Assembly: GCA_965277285.1 (NCBI GenBank)
Contig: OZ255721.1
Span: 1,856,001-1,920,000, forward strand
Direction of reading: 5' to 3'
From: Abditibacteriaceae bacterium
GTDB taxonomy: Bacteria > Armatimonadota > Abditibacteriia > Abditibacteriales > Abditibacteriaceae
DNA length: 64,000 bases
Translations under genes and position numbers: made by a program
Part shown: piece by piece, positions 50,871 through 59,350 of the stretch
Position numbering within the stretch: position 1 is the stretch's first letter
Layout of the letters: each line of letters starts with the position of its first letter
The notes under the pieces: generated by a model
Database searches by the model: none
What the model saw: the letters and a program-made list of their open reading frames with translations, nothing else
What the model was told of the DNA's origin: nothing

Positions 50871-51052
50871 CAACTGTTATGTCCCGGCAAGTGTGACGCG
50901 TCATGGCTCAAAGAGTGCGCAGTTGGAGGAATTGAGGTCATAGGAAGAAAATTACGCTTCCATTGTAGGCGCGATGCGGCAAAACGTCAAACTGTACCCA
51001 CATTTTATGTTAAGATGCTCGGCGAAAAAGACATAAGGAGTACTCGAAAATA

Positions 51053-52177
51053 ATGAGCGTAAAACGAATAGCTGTTCTGACGGGCGGCGGCGATTGCCCC
51101 GGCCTCAACCCGACCATTAAAGGCGTTGTGACGCGCGCCGCCGATCACGGCATCGAAGTCTTGGGCTTGCAAAACGGCTGGAAATCGCTGGTTTCCGCCG
51201 AACCGATTTATCGCACTTTGAGCGTGGACGATGTGCGTCCGATCATCAAGCAGGGCGGAACGATGCTGCACACCAGCCGCACCAACGCCTACGACAAAAC
51301 CAAGCCCGATTACCTGCCGAACCTCGTCCGCAATGTCGAAAAACTGGGCATTGACGCCATTGTCTCCATCGGCGGCGACGACACACTTTCCGTCGCCTCG
51401 CGCTTGACCAAAGGCGACGGAGTTTCCAAGCCAGTTCCGTGCGTTGGCGTGCCTAAAACTATGGACAACGATGTATTCGGCACCGATCAATGCTTCGGCT
51501 TCGATACCGCGACAACTTTGGCCGTTGAAGCCGTGCAGCGTTTACGCGACACCGCGGACAGCCACAATCGCGTTATCGTACTGGAAGTTTTCGGTCGCAA
51601 AGCGGGCTGGACGGCGCTTTATACCGCGATTGCTGCCGATGCCGATTACGTCCTGATTCCCGAAGAAAATCCCGCCAACTTGGAAGGCTTGTTCGCCAAA
51701 TTGCGCGAAGTCAAAAAGCGCCGCGATTATGCTTTGGTCGTGGTCGCTGAAGGCGCCGATCATCCCGATCTGGATGTGTGGGCGAAAGAAATCGCTGAAG
51801 GCTTGAACGGTACACGTTTGGGCGAAATGTCGGTTGAAATCGACAGTTTCGGGCACCCGATTTTGAAAGAGCGTCGCGTTGGCGATTGGTGCGCGTATCA
51901 AATCAAGAAAGAACTGGGCTGGGACACGCGCACTTCGGTCATGGCGCACCTGATGCGCGGCGGCGAACCAACGTTGGTCGACAGAATCTTAGGCGCACGT
52001 TTGGGCGTCGCCGCTGCCGATTACGCGCACGAAGGCAAGTTCGGCGTGATGGCGGCCTTGAAAGGTCAGGAAATTGTGCCTTTCCCGCTGGAACAATTGA
52101 CCGACGCTAATGGCAAAAGCATCACGCGCGATGTCACGCCGGAATACATCGAGTTCGGCAAAATCGTGATGAAGTAG
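51053..52177 (+). CDS. pfkA: 6-phosphofructokinase with pyrophosphate-type signature
   Basis: TGGGDCPGLN, GGDD, PKTMDND and EVFGR motifs. Confidence 0.93.
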   Translation: MSVKRIAVLTGGGDCPGLNPTIKGVVTRAADHGIEVLGLQNGWKSLVSAEPIYRTLSVDDVRPIIKQGGTMLHTSRTNAYDKTKPDYLPNLVRNVEKLGIDAIVSIGGDDTLSVASRLTKGDGVSKPVPCVGVPKTMDNDVFGTDQCFGFDTATTLAVEAVQRLRDTADSHNRVIVLEVFGRKAGWTALYTAIAADADYVLIPEENPANLEGLFAKLREVKKRRDYALVVVAEGADHPDLDVWAKEIAEGLNGTRLGEMSVEIDSFGHPILKERRVGDWCAYQIKKELGWDTRTSVMAHLMRGGEPTLVDRILGARLGVAAADYAHEGKFGVMAALKGQEIVPFPLEQLTDANGKSITRDVTPEYIEFGKIVMK

Positions 52178-52189
52178 TAATTGCGACGG

Positions 52190-52226
52190 TTAAGCGGGAG
52201 TCAGTCGTTTTGGCTTCCGCTTATTT
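52190..52226 (+). terminator. Intrinsic terminator after pfk
   Basis: TAAGCGGGAGTCA / TGGCTTCCGCTTA followed by TTTT. Confidence 0.65.
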
Positions 52227-52250
52227 TCGAGTACTCGATTGGAGCTTGGT

Positions 52251-52493
52251 ATGTCGAATGCAACTTACGCTGTCACAGAACTTAATGTCGAAGGGCTACT
52301 AAAACCTGATTCTGTTGCCTTCGAGGTTCCCGAGTTTCAGCGTCGCTACGCTTGGCGTTCTGAAGAAGTTGAGGAGCTGTTGGCTGACCTTTACGAATGT
52401 TGTGCGCAGCAAGCCGCACAGTCGCTGAACAATATTGCCACTGTATTTTTATCGCCACTTCTAAATTGCCCCTATAATCAAGTACTCGATTGA
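52251..52493 (+). pseudogene. Truncated DUF262 (GmrSD/ParB-like) N-terminal fragment
   Basis: FEVPEFQRRYAW..EEVEELLADL matches the DUF262 PxxQRxYxW motif. Similarity stops after about 50 codons. Confidence 0.7.
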
Positions 52494-52510
52494 GCGACGA
52501 TGTAGGTGGG

Positions 52511-52957
52511 TCATAGATAAATATAATCAATAATTTCGTTGCGCTTTGGCCCGTTGACCATCCAGCGCACAAGAATCGTTTCATCTTCCAAACGCAAAGT
52601 CGCCGAATAGCAATCGTCGCGGCACGGATGAGGATGAATTTCGCGCCATGTTCCGTCAGCATCGCACGCCATATCGAACAGAAAAACCGGATTGTCGACA
52701 CCGAAACGGAGATGCTCCAGACGAATGTTGTCTTCTATTTGCGTCCAACGAAACGTGTTGCGAAAGTTCATTTCCTGACCGTCGGGTTTGCGAAACTGGC
52801 CGCATTCTTCAAAAACGAGGACGTGGAAAGCAGGCCGCGACACTTTGACAACGCCAATCGCCGCGCCGTCCCAGCCGATGCCACTTTTGCTTTCCGCCTT
52901 GAATTGGACAACAGCGACGCTGCCCAATTTTCGCCAAACGTTGGAGATTGAACTCAT
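52511..52957 (-). CDS. DUF6314-like protein
   Basis: GWDG.A.G, LVFEE.G, HLRFG, HPCRDDCY and W.VNGPK motifs. Confidence 0.65.
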   Translation of the reverse strand: MSSISNVWRKLGSVAVVQFKAESKSGIGWDGAAIGVVKVSRPAFHVLVFEECGQFRKPDGQEMNFRNTFRWTQIEDNIRLEHLRFGVDNPVFLFDMACDADGTWREIHPHPCRDDCYSATLRLEDETILVRWMVNGPKRNEIIDYIYL

Positions 52958-52990
52958 TCTGTTTTGTCCGTCGAATCGAGTACTCGATTA

Positions 52991-53847
52991 GAGCGTGTTC
53001 TTAACTTTGTCAAACTGTGCGGCTATGAACAACATCCGCAGAGGCTATCCCAGTGACGTGAGCGACGACGAGTGGGCGTTTGTGGCGCCCTACCTGACCT
53101 TGATGCGAGAAGACGCTTTTCAGCGCACCTATGACTTGCGCGAGGTGTTCAACGCTTTGCGCTATGTGGTGAGAACCGGCGCAGCGTGGCGCTATGTGCC
53201 TTGTGACTTTCCACCCTGGCGCGCGGTTTACCAGCAGACCCAGCGCTGGCTGCAAGCGGGTGTGTTCGAGAACATGGTGCATGACCTGCGTGAAGTGTTG
53301 CGTGTGGGACAAGAGCGAGTGCCTCAGCCCACAGCCGCCATCCTCGACTCGCGCACGGTGCAAGGCACGCCTGAAAGCGCCGGGCACGCCGGCTATGACG
53401 GCTACAAGCGCAAAAAGGGCAGTAAGGTGCATCTGGCGGTGGATACTCTGGGGCATTTGCTGGCGTTGCGCGTTACGGCGGCCAACGAGGGCGACCGGGC
53501 CCAAGTGGCGGCGTTGGCGCAGGCCATCCAAGAAGTGACGGGACAAAGTGTCGAAGTAGCTTATGTTGACCAAGGCTATACTGGAGCAGAGACAGCCCAA
53601 GAAGCGCAGGAACACGATATCCGTTTGGAAGTGGTCAAACTGCAAGAAGCCAAGCGCGGCTTTGTGTTGTTGCCTAAGCGGTGGGTGGTCGAACGCTCTT
53701 TTGCGTGGGCGACGCGCTTTCGTCGCTTGGCCAAAGACTACGAACGTTTGCCCGAAACAGTAGCGGGCTTGCACTTCTTGGCCTTCGCTTGCTTGATGTT
53801 GGCTCAGATTAGTCCCTTCCTCTCCACCATAAGTTAAGAACACGCTC
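52991..53847 (+). mobile_element. IS5 family insertion sequence (857 bp)
   Basis: 17-bp perfect terminal inverted repeats GAGCGTGTTCTTAACTT / AAGTTAAGAACACGCTC, with TA on both sides. Confidence 0.93.
53025..53837 (+). CDS. IS5 family DDE transposase
   Basis: [23 protein letters not shown] and [17 protein letters not shown]. The stop codon lies in the right inverted repeat. Confidence 0.95.
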   Translation: MNNIRRGYPSDVSDDEWAFVAPYLTLMREDAFQRTYDLREVFNALRYVVRTGAAWRYVPCDFPPWRAVYQQTQRWLQAGVFENMVHDLREVLRVGQERVPQPTAAILDSRTVQGTPESAGHAGYDGYKRKKGSKVHLAVDTLGHLLALRVTAANEGDRAQVAALAQAIQEVTGQSVEVAYVDQGYTGAETAQEAQEHDIRLEVVKLQEAKRGFVLLPKRWVVERSFAWATRFRRLAKDYERLPETVAGLHFLAFACLMLAQISPFLSTIS

Positions 53848-53895
53848 TAAGAGAAGATAGCGCCGGTTCATGACACAGCGAAGCTGAGAGTGTGC

Positions 53896-53922
53896 AGGGA
53901 AAGTAGGGAAAGTAGGGAAAAG
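53896..53922 (+). repeat. 9-bp tandem repeat, about 3 copies
   Basis: AGGGAAAGT AGGGAAAGT AGGGAAAAG. Confidence 0.75.
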
Positions 53923-53928
53923 GTGCAG

Positions 53929-54101
53929 AAACCGCTCGAAACTCGCAGTTTGTCATTCTGAGTGCAGCGAAGAATCTATATCAGGTAGTGGCTCAAATGG
54001 TGAGTTGTTTGACTGTCAACGAACCCTGAGCCACTACTCTATATCATAAGTCAGATTCTTCGCTGCGCTCAGAATGACAAACTGTGAGTTTCGAGCGGTT
54101 T
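53929..54101. repeat. REP/MITE-like element, family B, with nested inner hairpin
   Basis: About 49-bp arms AAACCGCTCGAAACTCGCAGTTTGTCATTCTGAGTGCAGCGAAGAATCT and its near reverse complement. Inner pair GTAGTGGCTCA / TGAGCCACTAC. Confidence 0.85.
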
Positions 54102-54267
54102 GCTCACTTTCTATACAGCCTTTGAGTATCTTTTGGGCGCATATCAGCGAGGTTGACTTGCGAAAAGATAATCTTGCAAGACGTTCCACAAACGGATTTC
54201 AACCCAGGCTTGGTTCAATGTCTGTTTCTTTCTCCTCACATCTGGCAACTTGGGTAAACTCTTTCCA

Positions 54268-55314
54268 ATGTTACCCACCCAAGATTTGAATGTCACCGAA
54301 CTGATTCGTTTAAGCCCTCCCTGCGCACTCAAAAGCGAGTTGGCGATGACGGCGAAAGCCAATCGCGCGATAGTTGAAGCGCGCTCCACCATCCAACGTA
54401 TTTTGCACTACGAAGACCCGCGCCTGCTCGTTGTCGTGGGGCCGTGTTCCATTCATGATACGCAAGGCGCTCTGGAATACGCGCGCAAGCTGGCGCAACT
54501 GCGCGACGAGTTGAACGACAAACTTTACATCGTGATGCGCGTTTATTTTGAAAAGCCGCGCACCACAGTTGGCTGGAAAGGTCTGATTAACGATCCGCAT
54601 CTCGATGACAGCTACGACATCGAAACCGGTCTTCATCAGGCGCGGCAGTTGTTGCTCGACATCGTGGATTTGGGCTTGCCGACAGCCACCGAGTTCCTGG
54701 ATTCGATTGTGCCGCAATACATCGGCGACTTGGTGAGTTGGGCCGCTATCGGCGCACGCACCACGGAATCGCAGACGCATCGTGAAATGGCCAGCGGCCT
54801 TTCGATGCCGGTCGGCTTCAAAAACTCGACGGACGGCAACCTTCAAATCGCCCTGGACGCGATGCAGGCGGCGCGCGCGCCACACAGCTTCCTGGGTGTT
54901 GACCAGGACGGTTTTACAGCTATTGTCCGCACCAAAGGCAACCCTTACGGGCACGTCGTGTTGCGCGGCGGACGCTCTGGCACCAACTACGACGCGGCGA
55001 GCATCGAGGAAGCGGTCAAGGCGTTGCAAAAGGCCGGGCAAACACCGTCTCTGATGGTCGATTGCAGTCACGCGAACTCCAACAAGCAGTATGCGCAGCA
55101 AGAAGAAGTCGCGCGCAGCGTGGTCGCTCAGCGTGTCGCGGGCAACACGGCTTTAATCGGCCTGATGTTGGAAAGCTATCTCCAAGCGGGCAATCAGCCG
55201 CTGACGGCTCATCTCAGCGATCTCAAATACGGCGTCAGCATCACCGACGCCTGCATCGACTGGCCAACCACCGAGCGCATTCTTCGCCAAGCCCACCAAC
55301 AGTTATCAAAATGA
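54268..55314 (+). CDS. aroG: DAHP synthase, class I alpha (AroF/G/H type)
   Basis: GPCSIHD, YFEKPRTTVGWKG, IGARTTESQTHR, DCSHANS and SITDACI. The regulatory isozyme cannot be assigned. Confidence 0.93.
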   Translation: MLPTQDLNVTELIRLSPPCALKSELAMTAKANRAIVEARSTIQRILHYEDPRLLVVVGPCSIHDTQGALEYARKLAQLRDELNDKLYIVMRVYFEKPRTTVGWKGLINDPHLDDSYDIETGLHQARQLLLDIVDLGLPTATEFLDSIVPQYIGDLVSWAAIGARTTESQTHREMASGLSMPVGFKNSTDGNLQIALDAMQAARAPHSFLGVDQDGFTAIVRTKGNPYGHVVLRGGRSGTNYDAASIEEAVKALQKAGQTPSLMVDCSHANSNKQYAQQEEVARSVVAQRVAGNTALIGLMLESYLQAGNQPLTAHLSDLKYGVSITDACIDWPTTERILRQAHQQLSK

Positions 55315-55490
55315 CGAAAAGCGACACCTTCACAGGGTATGTGAGGGTGTTGCGATGTCGAATCGAGTACTCGATTTTAGCGATGATGACGATGCGGCTT
55401 AATAGCGAACTCGATTACGAGTTTAGGTGCCGAAGTTGAGATAGACGAAAGAGCAAAGCCGTGAATTGTTGAATGCAGCATTGGAAAATG

Positions 55491-56321
55491 TCATTCCTCT
55501 ACTCTGAATGGATACAGCGGGAACGCGTCTTTCCTAACTGCAAATAGTATTAGAATTTTGCCTTGCGAATAACCGAGGACAATTTGTCTAACACTGCTCT
55601 CAGCATAAAAGCACTGCGGCAACAGTTCATCTATCTGTCTAAGTCCGTCTTGAAAAAACGTATCAATGTCCTCTTCGCTGGGGTTTGTAAGAATAGCCTT
55701 GATATTAAGTGGCTGGCCGTTGTGTTCAGTTGAAATATCCAACACCAAAAGTCGGTCAGCCACTGTACTCCTGCGCTCCATCAATTTCTTGATATGCCCT
55801 TTAAGAGCGTCCCAAGTGTCAGACCCCATTTTCTGCAGAAAGCCGCCAGCAAACGCTGCAAAAGCGAATGCGCCCCCAATTGTTAGAACACTAACGGGAT
55901 CAACCGACTTCTTGATTGTTTCTTGTGCTTCTGAACCAAAAATAGTTGCGATTGCCTTGATGTGTGCTTGAGATTCCTCATCGCGGAAGGCTCTGTCGTA
56001 ATTTACTTCTAAGTTATCGTAAGTCTTGACAGGTATTTCTCGTGGATCGTCGGCAAGAGGAACCTCCTCACCTGGCTCAAAAAGTTCGGCCACTCCCTCG
56101 ATTGCCAAAGCGCCGTCATCAAGCCGTTTCACAATCGCGCTAACGAGCCGTCCTTGTGGCGGAAGACGTGGGTCATGCTGAATATCAATTGGCACGTAGC
56201 TCTCTTTAAAGCCTTCCAGCATAGTCTCAAAATACTCTTCGGGGATAACTTCTCCGTCGAGGTCTGGGTGCGATGTAGCTAATATTCCGTGAACGTATTG
56301 CATACCGTTTATTATATCCAA
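55491..56321 (-). CDS. Low-GC hypothetical protein; N-terminus resembles a phage prohead-protease fold
   Basis: A 276-aa ORF containing LATSHPDLDGEVI, QHDPRLPPQG and DDGALAIEG. Confidence 0.7.
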   Translation of the reverse strand: MDIINGMQYVHGILATSHPDLDGEVIPEEYFETMLEGFKESYVPIDIQHDPRLPPQGRLVSAIVKRLDDGALAIEGVAELFEPGEEVPLADDPREIPVKTYDNLEVNYDRAFRDEESQAHIKAIATIFGSEAQETIKKSVDPVSVLTIGGAFAFAAFAGGFLQKMGSDTWDALKGHIKKLMERRSTVADRLLVLDISTEHNGQPLNIKAILTNPSEEDIDTFFQDGLRQIDELLPQCFYAESSVRQIVLGYSQGKILILFAVRKDAFPLYPFRVEE

Positions 56322-56506
56322 AGTTTTTGGCTTCTAAAAAACTGTACGCACTGAAGAGCTGATTGGTCATCTTTATATTGTTGTTGATCATCGAGTACTC
56401 GATTGCGCCCGTTCGCACCTTGAATGCGCGCGTTGTGTCGGGCATCCTTAAAGCGTCGAAAGAAAGCATCAAACAGGCGCGCCCAACCGCGCGACGAAGG
56501 AACCAC

Positions 56507-58042
56507 ATGAGCTATTCTGCCAACTATGCGATTCAGTGCGAAGGCGATGTTTGCCACATCATCAGCGTCGGCGCTGGGCCGGTTTCGCGCACCGTGCCGC
56601 CCTGCATCCTGACGATTTTCGGTGCCACCGGCGACCTGACGCAGCGCAAATTGATTCCCGCGATTTACGATCTCGCCGTCGAGAAAATGCTGCCCGCCAA
56701 CTTCGCCGTCGTCGGTTATGGTCGCCGTCCCAAAGATGAAAACGAACTGCGCGGCGAGTTTTTGCAAGGCGTCAAAGAGTTCGCGCGCCTGCCCTTCAAC
56801 GAAGAAACCTGGAAAAACCTGGCTGATCGCATTTTCTATCAGGCAGGCGCTTACGACAAAGCGGAAAGTTTCGATGCCTTGCATGTTCGCCTGGCCGAAG
56901 TCGACGAAAAGTGCGGCACGCAGGGCAACCGAATGTATTATGTGGCGACGCCGCCCGGCGAATTCGCGCCCATCATCGAAAATCTGGGCGAAAAGAAAAA
57001 CACGGGTTTTCGTCGCATCATCGTCGAGAAACCGTTTGGCCGCAACCTCAAAACGGCGCACGACTTGAACGAGCAGCTTGGTCGTTATTTCGATGAAACC
57101 GATGTGTTTCGCATCGACCATTATCTGGGCAAGGAAACGGTGCAGAACATTCTCGCTCTGCGCTTTGCCAACTCGATTTGGGAGCCTTTGTGGAACAGCC
57201 GCTACATCGATCATGTGCAGATCGTGGTCGCCGAAGAAGTGGGCGTCGGCAAGCGCGGCGGCTATTACGAGACATCAGGCGCTTTCCGCGATATGGTGGA
57301 AAACCACATGATGCAGCTTTTGACTTTGGTGGCGATGGAAGCGCCGGTCGCGCTGGATGCCAACGCCATACGCGACGAAAAAGTCAAAGTTTTGCGCGGC
57401 GTGCGTCACATGAGCGACGAAGACGTTTTGAAGAACACGATTCGCGCGCAGTATGATGGCTACAAAAGCGAAGAAGGCGTGGCGCCCGATTCGCGCGTGG
57501 AAACTTATGTCGCTTTGAAATTATTTGTCGATAACTGGCGTTGGGCGGGCGTGCCGTTTTACATGCGGCACGGCAAGAGTTTGGAGGCGCGCGCGACCGA
57601 AATCGTGATTCGCTTCAAGGACACGCCGAGCGTTTTGTTCAACGATACGGGCAGCGCTTTGAAATCGAATTTGTTGACGTTGCGCATTCAGCCGAACGAA
57701 GGCCACGATTTGCGCTTGAACGCCAAAGTTCCGGGCAGCGGCATGGAAATCCGCGACGTTCACATGGATTTCGATTACAGCGAAGCCTTTGGCGCCGAGC
57801 CGCCTGAGGCCTATGAACGCTTGCTGCACGACGCGATGTTGGGCGATGGAACGCTGTTCACGCGCCGCGATGAAGTCGAAGTCGCGTGGAACATCGCCGA
57901 CCAGATTTTGAACGCGTGGCAAAGCGCATCGGCGCCATTCGAGTACTCGAAAGGAAGCTGGGGGCCAGACGAAGCCGACGAATTTATGGCGCGCGATGGC
58001 CGCCGCTGGCATCAACCCAGCATCGCAAAGAAAGAAGGCTGA
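56507..58042 (+). CDS. zwf: Glucose-6-phosphate 1-dehydrogenase
   Basis: IFGATGDL, EKPFG, RIDHYLGKE, RWAGVPF and AYERL motifs. Confidence 0.97.
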   Translation: MSYSANYAIQCEGDVCHIISVGAGPVSRTVPPCILTIFGATGDLTQRKLIPAIYDLAVEKMLPANFAVVGYGRRPKDENELRGEFLQGVKEFARLPFNEETWKNLADRIFYQAGAYDKAESFDALHVRLAEVDEKCGTQGNRMYYVATPPGEFAPIIENLGEKKNTGFRRIIVEKPFGRNLKTAHDLNEQLGRYFDETDVFRIDHYLGKETVQNILALRFANSIWEPLWNSRYIDHVQIVVAEEVGVGKRGGYYETSGAFRDMVENHMMQLLTLVAMEAPVALDANAIRDEKVKVLRGVRHMSDEDVLKNTIRAQYDGYKSEEGVAPDSRVETYVALKLFVDNWRWAGVPFYMRHGKSLEARATEIVIRFKDTPSVLFNDTGSALKSNLLTLRIQPNEGHDLRLNAKVPGSGMEIRDVHMDFDYSEAFGAEPPEAYERLLHDAMLGDGTLFTRRDEVEVAWNIADQILNAWQSASAPFEYSKGSWGPDEADEFMARDGRRWHQPSIAKKEG

Positions 58043-58045
58043 TTG

Positions 58046-58218
58046 AACCGCCAAGACGCGGAGACGCAGAGAAGAGTGAGAGAGTGCAAGTAAGAGTGCG
58101 TCATTCTGAGCGCAGCGAAGAATCTAACTGAACATAGATTCTTCGCTGCGCTCAGAATGACGAGGTATTACTTTCGAGTACTCGGTTATTTTCTCTGCGC
58201 CTTCGCGTCTCTGCGGTT
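58046..58218. repeat. Composite REP-like element: family C arms enclosing a family B hairpin
   Basis: AACCGCCAAGACGCGGAGACGCAGAGAA / TTCTCTGCGCCTTCGCGTCTCTGCGGTT surround CGTCATTCTGAGCGCAGCGAAGAATCTA / TAGATTCTTCGCTGCGCTCAGAATGACG (58099-58162). Confidence 0.85.
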
Positions 58219-58227
58219 TATTTTCTT

Positions 58228-58953
58228 ATGAAATTAGAAATTATCGTTCGCGCGACGACTGAAGAAGTCATCGAGAAAGCGGCGCAATTGTTTGTCGAAG
58301 TGGCGCGCGAAAGTATCGGTTTGCGCGGGCGTTTTCTGGTCGCGCTTTCCGGTGGTTCGACGCCGCGCGCTTTGCATTTGAAATTGGCGAGCGATGAGTT
58401 TCGTTCTCAACTCGATTGGCAACACGTTCATATTTTCTTCGGCGATGAACGTGCAGTTGGTTCTGATGACGAACGCTCGAACGCTCGCATGGCGCGCGAA
58501 TCGTTGCTCGACCTGGTGCCGATTCCGCCGCACAACGTTCATTTTATGCGCGGCGATGCCACCGATTTGAACGACGCGGCGCGCGAATACGGCTTGTTGT
58601 TGCAAGAGTTTGGCAGCCTCGATTTGATTCTGCTCGGTATGGGCGACGATGGCCACACGGCGTCGTTGTTCCCGCATTCGCCGCAATTGAAAGAAACCAA
58701 ACATCGCTGCGTGGCGACGCCGATTTCACCGACTGAACCGAAATTGCCGCGCCTGACGATGACATTTCCCTTCATCAACAGCGCGCATTATGTTCTGGTT
58801 TTGGTCACGGGAAAAGGCAAAGCCGAACGCATCACGCAAGTGCTGCCGCTGGTGCAATCGAGTACTCGAAACGTGGAAGAACTGCCGATTACGAACCTTC
58901 AGCCGGAAAACGGCACTTTGACGTGGTTATTGGATGAAGCGGCGTCTGGTTAA
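58228..58953 (+). CDS. pgl: 6-phosphogluconolactonase
   Basis: ALSGGSTP, FGDER and LGMGDDGHTASLFP motifs. Confidence 0.95.
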   Translation: MKLEIIVRATTEEVIEKAAQLFVEVARESIGLRGRFLVALSGGSTPRALHLKLASDEFRSQLDWQHVHIFFGDERAVGSDDERSNARMARESLLDLVPIPPHNVHFMRGDATDLNDAAREYGLLLQEFGSLDLILLGMGDDGHTASLFPHSPQLKETKHRCVATPISPTEPKLPRLTMTFPFINSAHYVLVLVTGKGKAERITQVLPLVQSSTRNVEELPITNLQPENGTLTWLLDEAASG

Positions 58954-58957
58954 CGCA

Positions 58958-59350
58958 CTATTTAGCTCCAGCTTCTACGAGCAGTTGAATAACTTCTTCG
59001 GATGGATGCTGAGCATATTTCATAAACGCGAGCAGCGATTGACCAAGAGGACGAACGCCAACATCTGCGCCATGCTCAAGCAGGATTTTGACACATTTTT
59101 GATGCCCGCTACCAGCAGCTATCGAGAGAGCCGACTCGCCTGCTACATTATTAACCGAATTAATACTTGCCCCTCGTTCAAGCAGAAGAGTAAGAATGCG
59201 CGAATTGCCCTTGAACGCTGCGGACATCAAAAGAGTCCAGCCGTTTTTGTTAGTGAGATTGGGATCTCCGCCTTGATTTAGAAATGCTTCGATCTCCGCA
59301 AGCTTCCCATGTTTGGTAGCTTGATAGAGAACGTCAAAAGTTTCATCCAC
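58958..59350 (-). CDS. Ankyrin repeat protein, low GC
   Basis: GWTLLMSAA..G..LLLERGA and GESALSIAAGSG..ILLEHGAD repeats. Confidence 0.88.
   Translation of the reverse strand: MDETFDVLYQATKHGKLAEIEAFLNQGGDPNLTNKNGWTLLMSAAFKGNSRILTLLLERGASINSVNNVAGESALSIAAGSGHQKCVKILLEHGADVGVRPLGQSLLAFMKYAQHPSEEVIQLLVEAGAK

Noticed and set aside
53010..53843. 277-aa minus-strand ORF inside the IS
   Set aside because: Antisense to the transposase, which is common in IS5 elements.
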